From an uncultured Oleispira sp. (lineage in GTDB: Bacteria > Pseudomonadota > Gammaproteobacteria > Pseudomonadales > Oceanobacteraceae), in the NCBI GenBank assembly GCA_913061415.1, contig CAJXUD010000006.1:63505-127504 (forward strand): 64,000 nucleotides of DNA. Reading direction: 5' to 3'. The notes under the pieces were generated by a model that was given only the letters and a program-made list of their open reading frames with translations, did no database searches and had not been told where the DNA came from. This document shows positions 57,848 to 64,000 of the stretch, piece after piece. The translations under genes were made by a program, and so were the position numbers. Each line of letters opens with the position of its first letter. Within the stretch, counting starts at the first letter, position 1.

Positions 57848-58869
57848 AAAAAACTCGGGTATTAGTTATTGATGATTCTGCTTTGATTAGAAAAATGCTC
57901 ACCGAAATACTCAATAGTTGTTCTGATATCGAGGTCATCGGTTCGGCGGAAGACCCTATTGATGCAAGAGAAAAAATTAAGCAGTTATCTCCGGATGTTT
58001 TAACCCTTGATATCGAAATGCCAAAGATGTCAGGTCTGCAATTTTTAAAGAATCTAATGCGATTGCGCCCAATGCCTGTAATTATGGTCTCGACACTCAC
58101 GGAACGCGGTGCTCCTGAGACGTTAGAGGCCTTGGAGGTCGGGGCGGTAGATTATATTTGCAAGCCCAAAGCAAATACTGAAGTTAAACTTAAAATATTT
58201 TCCAATGAGCTTATTACAAAAGTGCGAATGGCATCCTCTGCACACGTCCAGCCTTATCGTCAGAATAAGGCCGTCATGGCGCTTACAAAATCAGAGGCAG
58301 GCTACTCAAAGATTATTGCTATTGGTGCTTCTACAGGAGGCATAGAGGCGATTAAGCAGGTATTAGCCTCGGTCCCCGCTCATTGTCCGCCTATTTTGAT
58401 TTCACAACATATTCCTAAAGTTTTCAGTACTTCATTTGCAGAGCGATTAGACCGTTTCTTGGAGGTGAGTGTATTTGAGGCACAAGAAGGGATGCTTATT
58501 CGCCCTGGTTGTGTCTATATCGCGCCGGGAGACTATCATCTTACTGTGGCTAACTCGGGCAATAATAAAGTGTGTAGAATCATACAGACTGAGAGAATCA
58601 ATCGCCATCGGCCAGCGGTTGATGTCATGTTTGAGTCTATATTAAGTATGTATGGCTCAAGTGTTGTCGCCGTAATGTTAACGGGTATGGGAAATGATGG
58701 CGCACACGGCATGCTTAAACTAAAACAAGCAGGAGCGATTACATACGCTCAGGATGAGGCTACTTCGGTGGTATGGGGGATGCCACAGGCGGCTTATAAG
58801 CTGGGGGCTGTCGATGAGCTCTTACCCTTATCGAAGATTACTGAAAAAATGCTTAAATCAGCACAATAA
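57844..58869 (+). CDS. cheB: Chemotaxis methylesterase CheB
   Basis: Receiver (VLVIDDS...LDIEMPKMSG) plus esterase domain (IAIGASTGG, MLTGMGNDG). Confidence 0.94.
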   Translation: MKKTRVLVIDDSALIRKMLTEILNSCSDIEVIGSAEDPIDAREKIKQLSPDVLTLDIEMPKMSGLQFLKNLMRLRPMPVIMVSTLTERGAPETLEALEVGAVDYICKPKANTEVKLKIFSNELITKVRMASSAHVQPYRQNKAVMALTKSEAGYSKIIAIGASTGGIEAIKQVLASVPAHCPPILISQHIPKVFSTSFAERLDRFLEVSVFEAQEGMLIRPGCVYIAPGDYHLTVANSGNNKVCRIIQTERINRHRPAVDVMFESILSMYGSSVVAVMLTGMGNDGAHGMLKLKQAGAITYAQDEATSVVWGMPQAAYKLGAVDELLPLSKITEKMLKSAQ

Positions 58870-58943
58870 AAAGGATTCTTTAAATTACTAGGCTAGTATC
58901 AAATATAGACTAAAGTATAAAGAGATCATTAAGGAGTTAAGGC

Positions 58944-59249
58944 ATGGGTGTTCAATCGAAGATTGATGAAAGTGGACAAGAGGTAACGATCAAGGTTGAA
59001 GGTCGTTTTGACTTTAGTGCGCACCAAGAGTTTCGAGAAGCTTATGAAGTAGCGTCATCAAAAATTACGTCTTATGTTGTCGACTTAGGGAATGCCTCGT
59101 ATTTAGATAGCTCCGCGTTAGGTATGTTATTGCTATTACGAGATTATGCGGGTGGTGATGATGCGTGTATAACCATCACTAAGTGCAACGACGATGTGAG
59201 AAGAATTTTGAGTATTTCAAATTTTGAGCAGTTGTTTACGATTAAATAA
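58944..59249 (+). CDS. hsbA: STAS anti-sigma-factor antagonist, HsbA-like
   Basis: 101 aa. VVDLGNASYLDSSALGMLLLL has the phosphorylatable Ser at position 56 of this ORF. It is followed by an HsbR-like gene. Confidence 0.75.
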   Translation: MGVQSKIDESGQEVTIKVEGRFDFSAHQEFREAYEVASSKITSYVVDLGNASYLDSSALGMLLLLRDYAGGDDACITITKCNDDVRRILSISNFEQLFTIK

Positions 59250-59261
59250 CGGGTTGCGTTC

Positions 59262-60980
59262 ATGAAGATTCTTATTGCTGACGATAATCCTGTTGATCGA
59301 TTGTTATTGAGCAAAATTGTCAGTAAAGAAGGGCATCATGTTATTGAGGCCAAAAATGGCAAAGAAGCCATTGAGTATTTTTTACAAGAATCCCCAGATA
59401 TTATTTTATTAGATGTCATCATGCCGCTGCTAAACGGTAAAGATGCTGCGAAAGAAATCAAGCGTCTTGCCGGTGAAGAACTCGTCCCTATTATTTTTTT
59501 AACATCACTTGTTGACGCTCAAAGCCTTGCGGATTGTCTAGAGGCTGGTGGCGATGATTTTTTAACAAAACCTTATAATCATATCATTCTAAAAGCGAAA
59601 ATTGATGCATTTGTGCGTATGAGAAATATGCATGGAATACTGCAAAAGCAACGCGATACCATTGTTGAGCATAATCAGCATATGTTACGCGAACAGCATG
59701 TGGCGAAAACTGTTTTTGATAATGTAGCGCACTCAGGTTGTCTAGATGCCGAAAATATTAAATACATGCTTTCTCCATTGGCGGTCTTTAATGGTGATGT
59801 ACTGCTTGCTGCGCGAAAGCCTGCAGGTGGTATGCATGTTCTATTGGGCGATTTTACCGGACATGGCTTACCGGCAGCTATTGGTGCGATGCCCGTTGCA
59901 GAGATATTTTATGGTATGACCGCAAAGGGCTTCGGCCTTCAAATGATATTACGAGAGATAAATACCAAACTTAAAAAGATACTTCCCGTTGGTTTTTTTT
60001 GCTGCGCTGCTGCGGTTAGTTTGAATTTTTCTGAGCGCAGTATGAGTGTATGGATGGGTGGAGTGCCGGATTGTTATTTATTAACTAACAAGGGCAGTCA
60101 TCTTGAATCTATTCAATCTCAGCACTTACCACTGGGTGTTTTAAAAACTGAACAGTTTAATGATGACATGACCGAACACAGTATGGACATTGAAGATCGA
60201 TTTTTTATGTGGTCGGATGGCATTGTTGAGGCCCGAAATAGTCAAGGTGAAATGTTTGGAGAAGAGCGTTTAAGGTCTATTTTTAGTAATGATATTGATC
60301 CGAATGTATTATTTGATGCGGTACAAAAAAGCATTAATGAGTTTGTTGGTGAGACAGAGAAAGATGATGATACAACGCTTGTTGAGTTGAAAATGGTTGA
60401 TGATGAGGCCGTGGATCAAGCAGTATCTTCTCGAAGGTCATCATCAGTGGCTAGTGATTGGAAAATTGATTATGAACTAGGGGCTGATTCGTTAAGAAAT
60501 TTTAATCCGTTGCCACTGGTTATGCACATAATGATGGAAGTTCCTATTTTACGAGTGATGGGAGGACAATTATTTACGGTGGTATCAGAGCTATTTTCTA
60601 ATGCGTTGGAGCATGGCTTATTAACATTAGATTCTGCAATGAAATCAACACCGGCAGGTTTTGCTGAATTTTATGCGGTACGTGAACAGCGGTTAACTGC
60701 ACTTCAATCTGGGTTTATTAAAATACAGATGCAGCATACGTCTAAAAATGGCCGTACAGGTATATTTAAACTCAGTATAGAAGACAGTGGTGAAGGATTT
60801 AATTATAAAAAAGTAAGCCATGAAAAAGCGCTTGAAATTGCTGATAATACCTCAGAAAAAAACATATATAGCGGTCGAGGTTTACCCCTTATTAATGCAT
60901 TATGTCATTCATTAGAATATGTCGGGTGTGGCAATAAAGTAGTTGCAGAGATACACTGGCCACAGAAAAATAAAGTTTAG
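59262..60980 (+). CDS. hsbR: Response regulator with receiver, PP2C phosphatase and RsbW-like Ser kinase domains (HsbR-like)
   Basis: Receiver (ILIADDN...LDVIMPLLNG...KP), a PP2C/SpoIIE-like centre (GDFTGHGLPAA...DDDTTL) and a C-terminal HATPase_c-like part (ELFSNALEHG, EDSGEGF, GRGLPL). Confidence 0.8.
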   Translation: MKILIADDNPVDRLLLSKIVSKEGHHVIEAKNGKEAIEYFLQESPDIILLDVIMPLLNGKDAAKEIKRLAGEELVPIIFLTSLVDAQSLADCLEAGGDDFLTKPYNHIILKAKIDAFVRMRNMHGILQKQRDTIVEHNQHMLREQHVAKTVFDNVAHSGCLDAENIKYMLSPLAVFNGDVLLAARKPAGGMHVLLGDFTGHGLPAAIGAMPVAEIFYGMTAKGFGLQMILREINTKLKKILPVGFFCCAAAVSLNFSERSMSVWMGGVPDCYLLTNKGSHLESIQSQHLPLGVLKTEQFNDDMTEHSMDIEDRFFMWSDGIVEARNSQGEMFGEERLRSIFSNDIDPNVLFDAVQKSINEFVGETEKDDDTTLVELKMVDDEAVDQAVSSRRSSSVASDWKIDYELGADSLRNFNPLPLVMHIMMEVPILRVMGGQLFTVVSELFSNALEHGLLTLDSAMKSTPAGFAEFYAVREQRLTALQSGFIKIQMQHTSKNGRTGIFKLSIEDSGEGFNYKKVSHEKALEIADNTSEKNIYSGRGLPLINALCHSLEYVGCGNKVVAEIHWPQKNKV

Positions 60981-60996
60981 ATGTTAGGAGTTAATT

Positions 60997-61341
60997 GTGG
61001 ATAAAAACGCTCATTTTGATATTGAAGCGCTTGCTATGCTAGAAGAAATTATGGAAGATGAATTTTCTGAATTAATTCAGGTTTTTATCATTGATTCTGA
61101 TCCTCGAGTACCTGCAATGCAAAGTGCGTTTGATGAGCGGAATGCTTTATTATTAAAAGAAATTGCTCATAGTTTTAAAGGCGCTTCCAGTAACCTTTCA
61201 GCACTGCCTTTAGCAGAAGTTTGTTTTAACATAGAACAAAAAGCGCGAGACGTTGATTTTGACGGTATTCAGTCTCTTATTTCAGAAACGGATGTTGAAT
61301 ATCAATCCGTTAAAACGATTCTTTTATCACTCATTAAATAA
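60997..61341 (+). CDS. hptB: Histidine phosphotransfer protein (HptB-like)
   Basis: GTG start 6 nt after AGGAG. Hpt motif AHSFKGASSNL; 114 aa. Confidence 0.8.
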   Translation: MDKNAHFDIEALAMLEEIMEDEFSELIQVFIIDSDPRVPAMQSAFDERNALLLKEIAHSFKGASSNLSALPLAEVCFNIEQKARDVDFDGIQSLISETDVEYQSVKTILLSLIK

Positions 61342-61362
61342 TTTTTATCCTCCCTTCCTAGT

Positions 61363-61378
61363 TGGCCCGCCCTTTGCT
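61363..61378 (+). promoter_or_regulatory. Sigma54 promoter of fliK
   Basis: TGGCCC-N5-TTGCT, 30 nt before the preferred fliK start. Confidence 0.8.
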
Positions 61379-61407
61379 CTCACTAAGTATGATTAATGGG
61401 AGCACCT

Positions 61408-62658
61408 ATGGAAACTCAATCGACACAACATGGCTTAATGCAAATATTCTCAGCCGGAGTGGCTGCTGATCCTAAGTTATCTGGAATAGAGGGTCTTGGA
61501 GAGCAAGGTTTCTCCAGTGTACTTTCAGGTTTGTTGCCAGATAAGGCAGGACAGTCCATGCCTTTAGAGGATGAAGGTTTGCCGCACCTAGGCCAAGCTT
61601 TGCCGCTTGAAGCGCTCGCTTCAAATTCATTGTTAATTAATACCAGCGTTTCGAATACAGACGCTTCTAATTCGGACACCTCACTTCTGTTGAACCCTAT
61701 TGCAGAGGGGGAGAGCGTTACAGAAGCATCTACAGAAAACGAAACGCCTTCAAATTTGCTTGAGCAGCAAGGCTTTTATGCACAATCATTAGTGTCTAGT
61801 TTAATCGATCAGAAAACCGTGTCTTCTCAGGCTAATACTTTGAGCGCAGTGGCTGTTGCCACAGAATCCTCTAAATCCCCTTCTGTCATGGCACAGCACT
61901 TAAACCAGAATACGACCCCCGACATTATGACGGCGAGCGACCTAGAGGATGAAGGTGAATTAAATGAACGTTTTCTTGGTTCGGAGTCTACGTCAACTTC
62001 AGCAACTTCTAAAAAATCAACTCTCGAACTCATGACGACACCGCAAGCCCCTGTCGCATTGAAGACTTTAACCTCTGCTGAAGCAAATATTAATCTTGCA
62101 TTGGCTTTGAACGAAGACCCTACGAGTCAATCTTTAGATGAGTTGATTGATGGTGAGATGATAGAAAAGGGCGAACTTGAAGCGAAATCAAATTCATTAG
62201 AACGCAAACAAGATGACCAAACTCTTAAATTAAGTAAAGGGCAACAAGCATGGGGTGATGCATTAACAGAGCGCATCACAATGAACGCCGCTAAAGATAT
62301 TAAGCAAGTGACCATTCATTTAGACCCCCCGGAGTTGGGGAGTCTTGAGTTGAAGTTACACATTAAAGATGATCAGCAAACACAGGTTCATGTGCAAGTG
62401 CAGAATCATCAAGTAAAAGAGGCGCTTGAAAGTAGCGCGCATCGACTGCGCGATATGCTAGCGGGTCAGGGATTAGAGCTTTCTGAGTTTGATGTGCAGG
62501 CCGATACTGGGCGAGGAGATCAGTCAGCGTTTGATTCTGACTCGCAGCAAGGTAAGGAACAATCACCGGATTCTGACACTTTTCAGCAAGAGGGAGAAGA
62601 AATCAGTGTCGATATAGCAAAAGCAAAAAATAATAATATATTAGATACCTTTGTTTAA
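61408..62658 (+). CDS. fliK: Hook-length control protein FliK
   Basis: Low-complexity S/T/Q/E-rich N-terminal ruler region and a C-terminal FliK domain (VTIHLDPPELGSLELKLHIKDDQQTQVHVQVQNHQVKEALESSAHRLRDMLAGQGLEL). Start chosen at 61408 (GGGAG RBS); the ORF track starts at 61396. Confidence 0.88.
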   Translation: METQSTQHGLMQIFSAGVAADPKLSGIEGLGEQGFSSVLSGLLPDKAGQSMPLEDEGLPHLGQALPLEALASNSLLINTSVSNTDASNSDTSLLLNPIAEGESVTEASTENETPSNLLEQQGFYAQSLVSSLIDQKTVSSQANTLSAVAVATESSKSPSVMAQHLNQNTTPDIMTASDLEDEGELNERFLGSESTSTSATSKKSTLELMTTPQAPVALKTLTSAEANINLALALNEDPTSQSLDELIDGEMIEKGELEAKSNSLERKQDDQTLKLSKGQQAWGDALTERITMNAAKDIKQVTIHLDPPELGSLELKLHIKDDQQTQVHVQVQNHQVKEALESSAHRLRDMLAGQGLELSEFDVQADTGRGDQSAFDSDSQQGKEQSPDSDTFQQEGEEISVDIAKAKNNNILDTFV

Positions 62659-62689
62659 CGCCTGCTCATACCTTGTCTAAGCTGTCTTT

Positions 62690-62718
62690 AGGGCCTGTTA
62701 ACAAATAAAACAGGCCCT
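62690..62718 (+). terminator. Hairpin after fliK
   Basis: agggcctgtt-aacaaataa-aacaggccct has 10-bp perfect arms and no clear T-run. Confidence 0.5.
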
Positions 62719-62752
62719 TAGATACCGTCTATGTTTTTTTGACGCAAAAACA

Positions 62753-62768
62753 TGGCATGCGTATTGCT
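62753..62768 (+). promoter_or_regulatory. Sigma54 promoter of fliLM...
   Basis: TGGCAT-N5-TTGCT, 33 nt before fliL. Confidence 0.85.
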
Positions 62769-62800
62769 ATTTTGACTATAAGCACCGGAGAACTGACGTT

Positions 62801-63334
62801 ATGGCTGAAGAACAAGATTTGACCCTCGATCAAGACAATGCTGAAGAGCAGGGTGGAGGAAAGAAAAAGCTAATCATCATTATTGTGGCAATCGTATTAT
62901 TAATTGGTATTGCTATAGGCGTTACGGTCTTTTTAATGGCTGGCGATAGCGATGAGAGTGAAGATGGAGCGGTTACCGAAGGTGAGACTGCGGAAGTGGT
63001 TGAAGATATACCAACTCCTGCAATTTATATAAAAATGAAGCCAAGATTTATTGTTAATTACAATGTGGGTACTCGACAGCGATTTTTGCAGGCCAGCATA
63101 GAAATTATGACTCGCTCTCAACCGGTTATAGCGGCGATTGAACTGCATAATCCAATGCTACGAAATACCATTGTTGGGGTATTGGCAGAGCAAGACTTTA
63201 AACAATTACGTACTCCAGAAGGTCGTAGTGAGCTCATTGATATTCTTCATGAACAGTTAGCGGCCGTCTTACAAGCGGAAGCAGGTGTAGAAGGTATCGA
63301 GGCCGTTTTATTCACTGACTTTGTGATGCAATAA
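62801..63334 (+). CDS. fliL: Flagellar basal-body-associated protein FliL
   Basis: Single TM KKLIIIIVAIVLLIGIAIGVTVFLM followed by a FliL-type periplasmic domain. It sits before fliM. Confidence 0.9.
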   Translation: MAEEQDLTLDQDNAEEQGGGKKKLIIIIVAIVLLIGIAIGVTVFLMAGDSDESEDGAVTEGETAEVVEDIPTPAIYIKMKPRFIVNYNVGTRQRFLQASIEIMTRSQPVIAAIELHNPMLRNTIVGVLAEQDFKQLRTPEGRSELIDILHEQLAAVLQAEAGVEGIEAVLFTDFVMQ

Positions 63335-63344
63335 GGGAACGCGC

Positions 63345-64000
63345 GTGCAAGACTTACTAAGCCAAGACGAGATTGATGCCTTATTACATGGGGTCGATGA
63401 TGTAGATTTAGAACCCGAGTCGGATATCGATTCTGCGGGTGTTAAGGCTTACGATATTACCAGTAACGACCGCATTGTGCGTGGTCGTATGCCAACCCTG
63501 GAAATGATCAACGAACGTTTTGCCCGTTATACCCGAATTAGCATGTTTAACTTTTTACGCCGCAGTGCCGATGTTGCATCGGGTGGCGTGCAGATAATGA
63601 AGTTTGGTGAATACGTTCATACCTTATATGTACCCACTAGTTTGAATCTCGTAAAAATTCGCCCTCTTAGAGGCACGTCACTTTTTATATTGGATGCCAA
63701 ATTAGTCTTTAAGCTCGTGGATAACTTTTTTGGTGGTGATGGGCGTCATGCAAAAATTGAAGGGCGTGAATTTACACCCACAGAAATTCGAGTTATCCAG
63801 CTAGTCTTGGCGCAAGTATTCAAAGATTATAAAGAGGCTTGGAGTACTATTTTAGATGCTGATTTTGAGTATGTTGGCTCTGAAGTGAACCCCGCAATGG
63901 CTAACATTGTGAGCCCTTCTGAAGTGGTCGTGGTCAGTACATTTCATATCGAGTTGGATGGTGGTGGCGGTGACATGCACATCACAGTACCGTATTCGAT
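63345..64000 (+). CDS. fliM: Switch protein FliM, N-terminal part (runs off the window)
   Basis: My translation from GTG at 63345 reads VQDLLSQDEIDALLHGVDD...RGRMPTLEMINERFARYTRISMFNFLRR, which contains the CheY-P-binding LSQDEIDALL motif. It is absent from the ORF track because there is no stop in the window. Confidence 0.9.
   Translation, partial: MQDLLSQDEIDALLHGVDDVDLEPESDIDSAGVKAYDITSNDRIVRGRMPTLEMINERFARYTRISMFNFLRRSADVASGGVQIMKFGEYVHTLYVPTSLNLVKIRPLRGTSLFILDAKLVFKLVDNFFGGDGRHAKIEGREFTPTEIRVIQLVLAQVFKDYKEAWSTILDADFEYVGSEVNPAMANIVSPSEVVVVSTFHIELDGGGGDMHITVPYS

Noticed and set aside
50137-61395. The che/hsb block as a mobile genetic element
   Set aside because: I saw no integrase, transposase, tRNA, flanking direct repeats or obvious compositional break, so I describe it as a rearrangement or insertion in synteny terms only.
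1-64000. CRISPR arrays, rRNA/tRNA genes, prophage or IS elements
   Set aside because: None was found. The only repeats are short tandem coding repeats, the 12-mers at 2857-2904 and the TTAAT array at 12345-12440. None has a repeat-spacer architecture.

Overview
The organisation (fleQ-fleSR regulon, flgMN-flgZ, cheV-cheR) points to a marine gammaproteobacterium of Pseudomonas/Oceanospirillales type; the taxon is an inference. Bases 1-8.7 kb hold copper-resistance genes (3' part of a CopA-type multicopper oxidase, copB, a Met/His-rich periplasmic protein and a c-type cytochrome, convergent with a cupredoxin-like gene and a P1B Cu-ATPase), followed by fumC, an OmpK/Tsx-like porin and holC. Bases 8.8-64 kb are one nearly complete polar-flagellum regulon: flgZ-flgN-flgM-flgA (minus) | cheV-cheR | flgBCDE | flgFGHI-orf | flgJKL | fliC-flaG | fliD | TPR-methyltransferase (minus) | fliS | fleQ | fleSR | fliEFGHIJ | 11-kb Aer2-type chemosensory cluster plus hsbA-hsbR-hptB partner switch | fliK | fliL-fliM(partial). 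I can read eight sigma54 (-24/-12) promoters, three good sigma28 promoters and one degenerate sigma28-like site directly from the sequence. The main candidate for something new is a coordinated enlargement of the external flagellar structure. Hook FlgE (1205 aa), junction FlgK (992 aa), flagellin (820 aa) and cap FliD (1319 aa) all carry large central insertions built from one repeated IN-motif-like module, while rod proteins and FlgL are ordinary in size. FliE (Q/S/N-rich insert) and FliH (acidic tail) are also enlarged. A TPR/SAM-methyltransferase gene lies antisense between fliD and fliS and has its own sigma54 promoter. That promoter shares a TTGCCGCT-like upstream element with the hook/rod operons. 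I saw no rRNA, tRNA, CRISPR array, transposase or integrase.
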